Shown: positions 17,714 to 26,316, counted from the stretch's first letter. The stretch is DNA of 40,681 nucleotides from Bacillota bacterium (GCA_023436525.1 JAEZIW010000249.1:1-40681), one strand, 5' to 3'. Notes: generated from the sequence alone by a model not told the origin. Program-made: numbers and translations.

Positions 17714-18577
17714 TTATTCGGCGTCACCTTGCGCAGACTCTTCATCCGCCTCGAACGCATACTGCTCCGCAAAGCTCGTTTTTTGGCCTCTGAAGTGAAA
17801 GCCAATCAGCGTGTCTAAATTCACGTTATGTATGCTGTTAAATATGTTGCTGTCAACAGACGGATTCGACAGACGCAGCTTTTTAATCAACTGCTTTGTC
17901 TCCTGCCGTTTTGAACCCATACCCCCGTCGTCCAGCACACAATTTTCCGTTAACCGACAGGCACACTGAATAAACTTTAAATCGTTGTAATTCTTCCAGG
18001 CAACGATATCCTTTTCCTTCACACGGTACATCGGGCGGATTAACGCCATGCCCTCCCAGTTCGTGCTTTTGAGCTTTGGCATCATCGTTTTAAACTCACC
18101 GTTGTAAAACAGGCTCATCAACACCGTTTCAATCACATCGTCAAAATGATGCCCCAGCGCAATTTTGTTACACCCGAGCCGTTTCGCCTGCTTGTATAGA
18201 TACCCTCTGCGCATGCGCGCGCAGATATAACACGGGTATTTTTCGAGCTTGGCGACATAATCAAAAATCGGTGCGGGAAACACCTGTATCGGAATATTCA
18301 GAAACGCCGCATTTTCTTCAATCAGCCGCTTGTTCAAGTCGTTGTAACCCGGGTCCATCACGAGGAAAACCAACTCAAACGGGAACTTGCTGTAACGGTG
18401 AAGCTGCTGCATGCACTTGGCCATCAGCATCGAATCCTTGCCGCCGGACATGCAGACGGCGATTTTGTCGCCTTCTTGAATCAGCTCATAGGCCTCAATG
18501 GCTGAGATGAACTTCTGCCATATCTCACGCCTGTACTTTTTTATAATGCTTCTTTCGGTTTGGGCACAGTCACTCAT
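17714..18577 (-). CDS. ttcA: PP-loop ATPase of the TtcA family (tRNA thiolation-type)
   Basis: PP-loop CMSGGKDS, CYIC (CxxC), GHHFDDVIETVLMSLFYNG, and a second Cys block CACRLTENC. Confidence 0.7.
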   Translation of the reverse strand: MSDCAQTERSIIKKYRREIWQKFISAIEAYELIQEGDKIAVCMSGGKDSMLMAKCMQQLHRYSKFPFELVFLVMDPGYNDLNKRLIEENAAFLNIPIQVFPAPIFDYVAKLEKYPCYICARMRRGYLYKQAKRLGCNKIALGHHFDDVIETVLMSLFYNGEFKTMMPKLKSTNWEGMALIRPMYRVKEKDIVAWKNYNDLKFIQCACRLTENCVLDDGGMGSKRQETKQLIKKLRLSNPSVDSNIFNSIHNVNLDTLIGFHFRGQKTSFAEQYAFEADEESAQGDAE

Positions 18578-19722
18578 AGGGTTCCTCTGTATTTCTCAAG
18601 ACTATCTTTAAGACACTGTATAAACAAGCCAATATCCTCCTCGGTTGTTAAATGGCTGAGGCTGATGCGCAAGGCGGACAATGCCGCCTTCTTGTTATGT
18701 GTCAGCGCGTAGACGGGACGCGAGACCGTCCCCGGTGCACAACAGGCTGACCGCGTCGCGACATAAATCCCCTTTTCGCCGAGACGTGCTTGAATTATAT
18801 CTGTTTTGATGCCCGGCAGGCTTAAGTTGACAATGTGCGGCACCGAGGCTGTGGTGCTGTTGATGAGAACGCCGGGCAGATTTCGCAGTGCAGCTATAAG
18901 CTGAGCATTCAACGCATGAACGGTTTGATAACGCGATTGCAGCTCAGATAATGCGATTTCCAATGCCGCTTCCGCCGCGACGGCCAGCTCCAGCGCGGGT
19001 GTTCCGCTGCGAAACGGCGTACTGCTGATGCCGCCGTGTATCTGCGGCTCCAAAACCACATTCTCGCCGCAAACCAGCATACCGCTGCCGCACAGCCCGT
19101 AAAACTTATGCGGTGCAAACGAGGCAAGGCCGATACCGTTCAGGCTGATTGGAATTTTACCCACAGCCTGTGTTGCATCTGTATGAAACACACAGTGCGG
19201 ACGACCGCTGAGCACAGCCGAAATATCGTTAATCGGCTGCACGATGCCCAGCTCACTGTCTACCCAGCATATTGAAACGAGTATCGTATCCTGACGCAGC
19301 AGCGATTTCAAATGACCGATATCCACTGTGCCGTCGCTATTGAGCTCACAGTAGTCAATCTCAAACCCCTGCTGCTGCAAATAAGCAAGCGGCCCATTCA
19401 CCGACGAATGCTCAAGCGGCGTGGTTATAATATGCTTTCCGTATCGCTTGTTGTTCTCCGCCACGCCTTTAATCGCAAGATTGTTCGATTCAGACGCGCC
19501 CGATGTAAAAACAATCCCGTCCGGCTTGACATGCAAAAGAGCCGCGATTTTCTCTGCCGCTTCCCGAAACCGCGCTTTTGCTGCTTGTCCCGGCGGGTGC
19601 GGCGAATTCGCGTTTGCGGTGAAGCTTTGCGCTGCGGCGATAAACGCGCTTAAAACCCTATCATCCGCAGGTGTATGTGCCGCATAATCGAGATAGATAT
19701 GTTCCTTATTCTTTTGCTGCAT
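18574..19722 (-). CDS. cysteine desulfurase (NifS/IscS-like class-V aminotransferase)
   Basis: PLP-Lys context SFAPHKFYG and active-site loop ATRSACCAPG. The stop overlaps the ttcA-like start (ATGA). The start is uncertain: ATG 19722, 19740 or 19785. Confidence 0.8.
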   Translation of the reverse strand: MQQKNKEHIYLDYAAHTPADDRVLSAFIAAAQSFTANANSPHPPGQAAKARFREAAEKIAALLHVKPDGIVFTSGASESNNLAIKGVAENNKRYGKHIITTPLEHSSVNGPLAYLQQQGFEIDYCELNSDGTVDIGHLKSLLRQDTILVSICWVDSELGIVQPINDISAVLSGRPHCVFHTDATQAVGKIPISLNGIGLASFAPHKFYGLCGSGMLVCGENVVLEPQIHGGISSTPFRSGTPALELAVAAEAALEIALSELQSRYQTVHALNAQLIAALRNLPGVLINSTTASVPHIVNLSLPGIKTDIIQARLGEKGIYVATRSACCAPGTVSRPVYALTHNKKAALSALRISLSHLTTEEDIGLFIQCLKDSLEKYRGTL

Positions 19723-20323
19723 CAGCTTGTTCCCGGCCATCGGAGGCGGCATTTCCAGCAATGCCAATTTGCTCTGCCACAGCACGCATTCCCATAATCG
19801 TATGCTCTATCAAATCATCAAGTGTCATGCCCAGCATAGCGGCGCCGTCCAAAATCACATCGCGGTTGATGTTCGCGGCGAAGCCCTTCTGCTTCCATTT
19901 CTTCTTGACAGAGCTGACCTCCATATCCAGTATGCTCTTGCTCGGGCGCATCAGTGCCGTTGCTGCAATCAACCCGGTCAGTTCGTCCGTTGCGTACAGC
20001 ACCCTTTCCATCACATGCATTGGCTGCACATCATTAACCAGTTTGTACCCGTGACTCTCAACGGCACGCATATAGTCCTCCGGATAGCCCTCCGGCTCCA
20101 GCAGTTCACGCACCTTTTGGCAATGCTGCTCGGGGTATTTTTCAAAATCGATATCGTGAAGCAGCCCGATGACCGCCCACTTTTCGGCTTCCTCTTCGCA
20201 ATAAATGGCCGCAAAATGCCGCATGACGGCTTCCACCGTCAACGCGTGGCGCAATAAGCTTTCCTGCTTCACATGTGTGTACAACACCTTTAAAGCCGAT
20301 TCTCTGTCTGGCACAAATGCCAT
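19706..20323 (-). CDS. HD-domain metal-dependent phosphohydrolase
   Basis: HD motif GLLHDIDFEKYPEQH. The start was moved to ATG 20323 (MAFVPDRES), preceded by AAAGGA. Confidence 0.7.
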   Translation of the reverse strand: MAFVPDRESALKVLYTHVKQESLLRHALTVEAVMRHFAAIYCEEEAEKWAVIGLLHDIDFEKYPEQHCQKVRELLEPEGYPEDYMRAVESHGYKLVNDVQPMHVMERVLYATDELTGLIAATALMRPSKSILDMEVSSVKKKWKQKGFAANINRDVILDGAAMLGMTLDDLIEHTIMGMRAVAEQIGIAGNAASDGREQADAAKE

Positions 20324-20391
20324 GCCGCTGTCCTTCTTTCGTTTGTTAATCAATCGATCAGTTTTGTTTTTGCCGTCATGATAACATGTCC

Positions 20392-20512
20392 ATCCCGGCA
20401 ATGCAAGCAGGGCAGTTTAGCAGCGTACGTCCCCCGGGCGCGCCGCAACACCTGCGTATCCGGTATCAGTTCATCGGCCGCAAACCGGGGGCGGCTTACG
20501 CATACCGATATC
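20392..20512 (-). promoter_or_regulatory. GC-rich, highly self-complementary 5' leader upstream of the HD-domain gene
   Basis: On the minus strand, CCCCCGG (plus-strand 20485-20491) is complementary to CCGGGGG (20431-20437). GCGGCG (20441-20446) can pair with CGCUGC (20420-25) using one G-U. There are CCGG/CCGG and GGUAU/AUACC alternatives. No convincing ORF is present. Confidence 0.3.
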
Positions 20513-20544
20513 AAAAAACGCTTACTTTGGGCACAAAAACAACT

Positions 20545-20592
20545 GTACAAGAAAAGCGGCAAACACAGGTGGAAACTGCATTTGCCGCTTCG
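20545..20592 (-). terminator. probable terminator after secF
   Basis: AAGCGGCAAA (20554-20563) pairs with TTTGCCGCTT (20581-20590), and the minus strand continues TTTTCTTG. The loop is long (17 nt) but has an inner CAG/CTG pairing. Confidence 0.5.
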
Positions 20593-20627
20593 TTCATTGT
20601 ATCAATTTTTTGCCTTTCAGCTTTGCG

Positions 20628-21548
20628 TCAGGCTTGTCGTTTTTTCCACATCACCCAGAGCGGGCCTGCTATGCATATTGTCGAGTAGCAGCCGCTGATG
20701 GCACCGATGGCCATGGGCAGCGCGAAGCTCTGCACGGCGTCAAGGTTCTGCGCGAACGCGAGAATATACACAAGGCTCACGCTGATCAGCACAGCAACGT
20801 TGGTATTCACAGAGCGCGTTAAAGACTGTGATATCGACAGGTTCGTGATCTCCTCGATAGGCATTTTGGTATGAAGCCTGTTGTTTTCGCGTATGCGGTC
20901 ATAGATCACGATGGTGTCGTTGATGGAATAGCCGATGATGGTGAGCGCGACGGCCACGAACGAATCCCCAATCGGTATGCGGAATATCACGCATGTGAAG
21001 AACACCACAAGCAGATCGTGAAACAAAGCAGCCAGCGCCATCACGCCCGCGGACAGCCCGCCAATACGGCGGAAACGCACCCAGACGTACAACACCACCA
21101 GCACACAGGACAGCAGCAGCGCCGTGATGCCGGAGGTTAAAAATTTCTGCCCGAAAAATGGCTGCACCATAGAGGATTCAGCCAGCGACAGCTCGCTTTG
21201 AGGATAAGCCTGTTTGAGCGCGGCATCGAGTTCCTCCTGCTGCCCCGCCTCCAAACCGTACTCGCCGGCGATATTGATGACGAGCTGTTTCTGGCTCGAT
21301 AGCAGGTCGGTTGTCGTCTGTGTGGTCACTGGACGCTCGAGTAGCTCTGTCGCCATATCCGCTGCCTGCTGCGCGTCCATATCGCCCGTATAGGTATACT
21401 TCAGCAGCGCGCCGCCCTTGAACTGAATGTCCAGATGGACGCCGTTGATGAAGATGAAAGCGATGCCGATCAGCATGATCAGCGCCGATATGATAAAGAA
21501 CACGCGCCGTTTCTCATAAAACTTGAATACCTTTCTGTCCTTTTTCAT
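20628..21548 (-). CDS. secF: protein translocase subunit SecF
   Basis: A 306-aa protein with six TM segments and a SecD/SecF C-terminal domain. The start overlaps the secD stop. Confidence 0.9.
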   Translation of the reverse strand: MKKDRKVFKFYEKRRVFFIISALIMLIGIAFIFINGVHLDIQFKGGALLKYTYTGDMDAQQAADMATELLERPVTTQTTTDLLSSQKQLVINIAGEYGLEAGQQEELDAALKQAYPQSELSLAESSMVQPFFGQKFLTSGITALLLSCVLVVLYVWVRFRRIGGLSAGVMALAALFHDLLVVFFTCVIFRIPIGDSFVAVALTIIGYSINDTIVIYDRIRENNRLHTKMPIEEITNLSISQSLTRSVNTNVAVLISVSLVYILAFAQNLDAVQSFALPMAIGAISGCYSTICIAGPLWVMWKKRQA

Positions 21549-22825
21549 AGTGATACCCCCTTCGACAAACTGGTATACAGCTTCGGTTTGCTGAACAGCT
21601 TATATTCGCTGAGCGAGCGAATCATCAGCCGCGATGCCGTAACGCCCGCGATAAAGTTGAATATGATGCCGATAAGCAGCGAGTACGCAAAAGACAGCAG
21701 CGTGCCCGACCCAAAGCTCATCAGTATCACCGCGACGATCAGCACCGTGATATTGCCGTCGAACACGGAAGAAAAAGCATTTTTAAAGCCCGACGTGATC
21801 GCCGCGCGCAATGTCTTACCGGACCGCAACTCGTCGCTGATACGCTCAGATATGATCACGTTGGCATCTACACCCATGCCGATGGTGAGGATGATACCCG
21901 CAATACCCGTGATGGTCAGTGTGATTTCCGCCAGCGCAAGCACGAGCACCTGCCCGCTGATCTGTATAAGCAGCGCGATGCTGGCTACGAACCCGGACAT
22001 TCGGTAATACACAATCAGCAGCACGCATATCACACAAAAGGCGATGAACCCCGCCTGCAGCATGATATTGAGCGCGCTTTCACCCAGCGTGGGGCTGATA
22101 ATGGAATGGTTCTTAGTGACCATGGAAAAAGGCAGCGCGCCCGAGTTTATTTTATCCGAAAGCTCCTTGGCCTCTTCGGGGCTTTCCATGTTGTTGATAA
22201 CGGCCTGGCCTCCCGCGATATGCTCCTGAACGGTGGCGGACTGTATCATCGTATCGTCCATAAATATGTTGATCCTCTGGCCGACAAGACGTTTGGTGGC
22301 ATCGCCGAAAAGCTTGGTGCCCTCGCTGTTGAACTTCAGCCCCACCATGATCTCACCGGTATTCGGGTCGGTTTGCACCGAGCTATTCTCCACATCTTTG
22401 CCCTCTACAAGCACCGTACCCTTATCGTCCCGAAACGTGAGCATGGCAGTCTCCCCCAGCTCAGCCAGCGCGCTCTGCGGGTCAAATTCGGTCTCGCCCG
22501 ATTTCCACGGAAAACGCACGAGCACAAAGCCGTTGGTCTCGTCAATCGTCACCTCGCGGTCGAGAATGTTGTTCTTATCGAGCCGCGTTTCAATAATGCT
22601 ACGCGCCGCTTCCAGCTCGCTGGTTGTGGGTTTTCTGTCAAGCCCCGTCGGTTCGTATACGGCATCCACACCGCCGCGGATATCAATACCCAGCCGGATA
22701 TCCTGCGCGCCCGGGAAGTGAAAAATATAGATGCCAAATGGAATCGTGACGCTGAAGATTGCACAGTAGGCCATGATGAGCGCAATAATCAGCACGACGG
22801 GAAATACAAATTTCCTTTTCATCAT
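21545..22825 (-). CDS. secD: protein translocase subunit SecD
   Basis: N-terminal TM segment, a large periplasmic-type domain, then a C-terminal TM bundle (GIAGIILTIGMGVDANVII). Confidence 0.9.
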   Translation of the reverse strand: MMKRKFVFPVVLIIALIMAYCAIFSVTIPFGIYIFHFPGAQDIRLGIDIRGGVDAVYEPTGLDRKPTTSELEAARSIIETRLDKNNILDREVTIDETNGFVLVRFPWKSGETEFDPQSALAELGETAMLTFRDDKGTVLVEGKDVENSSVQTDPNTGEIMVGLKFNSEGTKLFGDATKRLVGQRINIFMDDTMIQSATVQEHIAGGQAVINNMESPEEAKELSDKINSGALPFSMVTKNHSIISPTLGESALNIMLQAGFIAFCVICVLLIVYYRMSGFVASIALLIQISGQVLVLALAEITLTITGIAGIILTIGMGVDANVIISERISDELRSGKTLRAAITSGFKNAFSSVFDGNITVLIVAVILMSFGSGTLLSFAYSLLIGIIFNFIAGVTASRLMIRSLSEYKLFSKPKLYTSLSKGVSL

Positions 22826-22837
22826 TTATCCTTTCCG

Positions 22838-22880
22838 TTGCCGAGGCAAATACGCCTTGGCGTGCCGTCGGCAAATTTTT
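22838..22880. other. extended GC hairpin in the secD leader
   Basis: TTGCCGA (22838-44) pairs with TCGGCAA (22868-74), with inner GGCA/TGCC and GCC/GGC pairs. A T-run (ATTTTT) follows only on the plus strand, where there is no upstream gene. Confidence 0.4.
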
Positions 22881-22990
22881 ATAATATTATTTACTGAGAA
22901 AGCTTAACAATTCGAACGTTAAAACACCATAACAAAACACCGCTTAAATAAGGGCTCTACGTGATACCATGACATGTTTGCTAATGTGTT

Positions 22991-23401
22991 TTATACGCGA
23001 AAAAATGGAGGCGCATGCCCTCCAATTGAAATGGAGATCGGGCTGATACGGATTATGGCCTTGGAAAGATGGCACCGCCGGCCGTGGGTTTTCAGTAAAG
23101 CAAAAGCCAAAACCATTATGATAGACAGCTGCAAAAAATGTAATGAGTGCTTTAAACTGCGCTCCGCAAGCGATATGCCATTCTGCTCTGCCGCCTTAAA
23201 GCTGACATTCAGCGGGCTTATGATATCGAGCATAACAGAGCCGCTGACCGATTCACCCGGCGACATGCCGGAAAGACCGGTTTCATCGGATATATTCGCA
23301 TATATGCTGATAAATGGCATTGTCAAGAATAACAAAACGGCGAAAATGACCAAAACAGCAACCGTGCTATTCGACTGATGGGCTTGGTTTCGAGTTTTCA
23401 T
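22991..23401 (-). CDS. small hypothetical membrane protein (two predicted TM segments)
   Basis: Excellent RBS (GAAGGAGGTGTAGC) before the ATG. Hydrophobic segments VAVLVIFAVLLFL and LSIIMVLAFALL. I recognised no family. Confidence 0.5.
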   Translation of the reverse strand: MKTRNQAHQSNSTVAVLVIFAVLLFLTMPFISIYANISDETGLSGMSPGESVSGSVMLDIISPLNVSFKAAEQNGISLAERSLKHSLHFLQLSIIMVLAFALLKTHGRRCHLSKAIIRISPISISIGGHAPPFFRV

Positions 23402-23432
23402 GCTACACCTCCTTCAATGTGGATTTGGTTTA

Positions 23433-23461
23433 ACATTACTGCAAAACCGCTGCTGTGTCAA
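23433..23461 (-). promoter_or_regulatory. candidate promoter for the membrane-protein gene
   Basis: On the minus strand: TTGACA (23461-23456), a 17-nt spacer, then TAATGT (23438-23433). Confidence 0.4.
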
Positions 23462-23659
23462 TGAAGCGCCACGCAATATCAATATTTTACACGTGTATTG
23501 TTTTGGTGACGTGGAATGCGCCACATGTAATTATGATACGGCCCCGTAGAAACGGCAATATGACCGTTCCGAAGCTTTTGGGCATCGGCTGAAAGAGCTA
23601 TCTGAAAAGGCAACTCCATATATTATCCGGTTTTATTATATAATCCGCCTGAAAAGTCA

Positions 23660-23688
23660 TTGCAAATAATATTTGTATGTATTATATT
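23660..23688 (+). promoter_or_regulatory. candidate tetR promoter with an overlapping palindromic operator
   Basis: TTGCAA (23660-65), a 17-nt spacer, then TATATT (23683-88). The perfect palindrome CAAATA-A-TATTTG (23663-23675) overlaps the -35 box and spacer. Confidence 0.45.
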
Positions 23689-23757
23689 TTATTTGATAAT
23701 AAATTAACAAAGTCTATTGTGAGTGATTAGTATATCTTTAAGATAGTGAGGAGCAAC

Positions 23758-24372
23758 GTGAAAAAGGCTGCATCAAAAAGCGCTAACTTAAAAGACGATA
23801 TCTGCTCGGTGGCATTAAAGCTTTTTTCAGAAAAAGGCTATGAGGCTACCAATATGTCAGAGGTTGCGGAAATACTCGGTATAACCCGTACGCCGCTGTA
23901 TTATTACTATAACGACAAAAAAAGCCTTTATTCCGAAGCCATCAAAAAGCATCTCGCAAAAAAGCGGGATCTCTATACGCAGATGGCCGCCGAAGATAGC
24001 GATATCTTTACGTGGCTGCGTCAGCATATTGAATTTGCATGCAGCAACACAACAGATACTGTTTTGTTTAACGTTTTAGGTTACGAAGAATTCCGATCAT
24101 TATCCGACCTTAACGATGAGACATGCCGCTATATATATGCATTGAAGCACCGCCGTGTTGCACGCGCCATCGAGACGGGCGAATTGCCGCCCGACACAGA
24201 CATCGACCTCTTCCTTTCCAACGTCTATGTCATGAGCTATGGATTTTCCTATGTGATCAATCAGTCAATACTCAGCCAGGATCTAAAGAGCAATCCAAAG
24301 AAAATAGCTGATCTGACCGATTTGTTTGTTCAGGAAATCAAATGCATGCATACCTTAAATAACGCCGAATAA
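23758..24372 (+). CDS. TetR/AcrR-family transcriptional regulator
   Basis: N-terminal HTH: ICSVALKLFSEKGYEATNMSEVAEILGITRTPLYYYY. GTG 23758 follows GAGGAG. The alternative GTG at 23746 has no RBS. Confidence 0.85.
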   Translation: MKKAASKSANLKDDICSVALKLFSEKGYEATNMSEVAEILGITRTPLYYYYNDKKSLYSEAIKKHLAKKRDLYTQMAAEDSDIFTWLRQHIEFACSNTTDTVLFNVLGYEEFRSLSDLNDETCRYIYALKHRRVARAIETGELPPDTDIDLFLSNVYVMSYGFSYVINQSILSQDLKSNPKKIADLTDLFVQEIKCMHTLNNAE

Positions 24373-24374
24373 CC

Positions 24375-24409
24375 AAAGAGCACTTATCATTGCAAGTGCT
24401 CTTTTTTTG
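24375..24409 (+). terminator. rho-independent terminator after tetR
   Basis: AAAGAGCACTT (24375-85) pairs with AAGTGCTCTTT (24394-24404) across an 8-nt loop, followed by a T-run. It may also stop the convergent minus-strand operon that ends at 24508. Confidence 0.75.
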
Positions 24410-24507
24410 CTCCGTTTTATTTTTCTGCCAAACCTTGCCCGGCGCCGTGCACGTTCAAGCAGCATTAGATATCCCTTTTTGTAAATATCCTTTTTGCGCT
24501 TGCCGCA

Positions 24508-24780
24508 TCAGCAATATCTGTCTCGCCGGGGCTTTATTTGCCCGGGCAGCGATACGATGGCATGATGTACCGCTTTGTGCCGCGTGATGCAGCCCCGCGC
24601 CGTATCGATGTGTTCAGGGCTCACGAGCAGCGACATGCCGCAGGAAAGCTCCCCCAGTATCGAGCGCGGCGCAGGCGCAATGCGGTGAGGTATCCCCTCT
24701 GCCAGCAATAATTCATGCAGCGCCATGCCGTGGGTATAGTTTTCAAAGAGTATGTAGTATTGCAACCCCGGTTCAGTCAT
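24508..24780 (-). CDS. DUF3343-type putative Se/S carrier protein (copy 2)
   Basis: YILFENYTHGMALHELLLAEGIPHRIAPAPRSILGELSCGMSLLV. The start ATG 24780 overlaps the stop of the upstream reductase gene by 8 nt. Confidence 0.65.
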   Translation of the reverse strand: MTEPGLQYYILFENYTHGMALHELLLAEGIPHRIAPAPRSILGELSCGMSLLVSPEHIDTARGCITRHKAVHHAIVSLPGQIKPRRDRYC

Positions 24781-26047
24781 TAAGCATTTCAATAAACGCC
24801 CCAATACGGGTGCGCAGCTGCTCGGCATCTGTGTCGGTGTAATCCGTTTCGAGGCTTAGTACCGGCACACCGGCTTCCTTAAGCGCCTTCGACACGGAAT
24901 ACTTCTCGGTATCGTACAAACAGCAGAACTTCAAGCTGCAATCAATGACGCCGTCAGCCTTGTATTCCTTCACCATGCGCAGTATATCGTCGATGCGGCC
25001 GGTATTGGGCGTAAAACACGCGCAGTTGTTCTTCATGTACCGTTCGGATAGCGCCATGTACTGCCCTTCAAGCGTGGTCTTCGTCTCGTCCACCAGATTC
25101 TCAAAATAACGGGTGCCGGTGCACATCTCCTCGCAGACCACCGCTGCGCCGCTGGTTTCAATGATGTTGTGCAGCTTCCAATTGGGCACTGCCAGCGGCG
25201 TACCGGTCACAAGTATACGCTTGGTTCCTGCGGGTACCACGCTGACACCGTCCTTAATCCGCTGCTCCAGCTCGTCTGCCAGCCGGTTGCACATCTTTGC
25301 GCAGCGCTCCGGGTCGTCGAAGAAGGCGATCTGTATCATCAGCAGCGCGTCCCGGCCGGAGATTGGCAGGCATTCTGATTTGCGTGCGTCATACACACGC
25401 TGGATTGCTTTGCGTTTCTCGTTGACGATTCGGATGGCATCGGCCAGCTTTTCGACCGTGATTTCGTTGCCGGTGAGTTTCTCAACCACCTTGGCGAAAT
25501 CCGCAATTTCGTCCTTCCACTTGAGAATATCCTTCTCCCGCTTCATCTGCGGAACGTCCATAATATGCATGGGCACGTCGTCGCCCAATATCTCATACGC
25601 CTTCTTTTTCCCGTCGCAGGTGGTCTCCCCCACGTACATATCGGCGATTCGGAAGAACGGACAGGTTTTGCCCAGCCGCGCGCCCACCGACGCCTTAATT
25701 AACGAACAAGTGCTCTTGGGCAGCACCGCCTCGCCCGCAGGCACCCAGAACTGCGAGCCGCCGCAAAGGCCGGTCACAATGCCGTTTGCCGCAATAACCA
25801 CTTCATCCGGCACAAACACACAGAACGTACCGAACACCTTGCGCCCCTGCTTCTGCGCTTCCACCAGCTCTGCGGGGCGTATGCCGTGCACCTCCGAGAT
25901 CACCAGATCCCAAAAGTCCATGCCTGTCGGTCTATTCTCCTGCGACATAAAAACATCGCCCACTGCGGTGGGCAGCACCTGACACAGCAAATCGTGTGTC
26001 TCCAGGTCCATACCAAGGTGCTTCCACATTTGTACGTAATCCGACAT
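24773..26047 (-). CDS. single-subunit 2-hydroxyacyl-CoA-dehydratase-fold protein (HgdB/BcrC family; double-cubane-cluster reductase type)
   Basis: A 424-aa Cys-rich protein (FCVFVPDE, GLCGGSQ, KSTCSLIKAS, GKTCPFF, GETTCDGKKK, CEEMCTGTRYF, NNCACFTP, KFCCLYD). There is no partner alpha/beta subunit, and a cognate activase gene lies in the same operon. Confidence 0.65.
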   Translation of the reverse strand: MSDYVQMWKHLGMDLETHDLLCQVLPTAVGDVFMSQENRPTGMDFWDLVISEVHGIRPAELVEAQKQGRKVFGTFCVFVPDEVVIAANGIVTGLCGGSQFWVPAGEAVLPKSTCSLIKASVGARLGKTCPFFRIADMYVGETTCDGKKKAYEILGDDVPMHIMDVPQMKREKDILKWKDEIADFAKVVEKLTGNEITVEKLADAIRIVNEKRKAIQRVYDARKSECLPISGRDALLMIQIAFFDDPERCAKMCNRLADELEQRIKDGVSVVPAGTKRILVTGTPLAVPNWKLHNIIETSGAAVVCEEMCTGTRYFENLVDETKTTLEGQYMALSERYMKNNCACFTPNTGRIDDILRMVKEYKADGVIDCSLKFCCLYDTEKYSVSKALKEAGVPVLSLETDYTDTDAEQLRTRIGAFIEMLND

Positions 26048-26079
26048 TCAAACTCCTCCTCACATATATTAACGGTCTG

Positions 26080-26316
26080 TCAAACCATCAGCTCAAACCA
26101 TCCGTCTGTCTCAATACCGGCCTCGTGTGCCGTCCTTTCTACCGCATCCCGCGCATCCGGCGGCGCGCTCCACGCCATGCCGCAGCCTGCGGTGATGTCG
26201 CGCGGCACAGGTATCAGCCGCCCGGGTACGTCTCGCTCCGCGCACACCTTTTCCATCGCTATCGCCGCTGTTGTGGTGTGAAACGTTACAATCAGCCGAA
26301 GCTGCTTCATCCTCAT
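26080..26316 (-). CDS. DUF3343-type putative Se/S carrier protein (copy 1)
   Basis: LIVTFHTTTAAIAMEKVCAERDVPGRLIPVPRDITAGCGMAW. The start overlaps the stop of the desulfurase gene (ATGA). Confidence 0.65.
   Translation of the reverse strand: MRMKQLRLIVTFHTTTAAIAMEKVCAERDVPGRLIPVPRDITAGCGMAWSAPPDARDAVERTAHEAGIETDGWFELMV

Noticed and set aside
20392-20512. Possible guanidine-III (ykkC-III)-type pseudoknot. CCGG...GCGGCG...CCGG...GGAC...CGCUGC occurs in the same order as CCGG ACGA GGU GCGCCG UAC CCGG UCAGGAC AAGA CGGCGC.
   Set aside because: The spacings differ and the conserved ACGR context is not reproduced. The downstream gene is an HD hydrolase about 150 nt away rather than a guanidine exporter or carboxylase. 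I kept it only as an unclassified structured leader, pending an Infernal search.
22974-23378. A 134-aa plus-strand ORF overlapping the small membrane-protein gene.
   Set aside because: The opposite-strand ORF has a near-perfect RBS (GAAGGAGGTG) and TM-like segments. The plus-strand ORF has neither.
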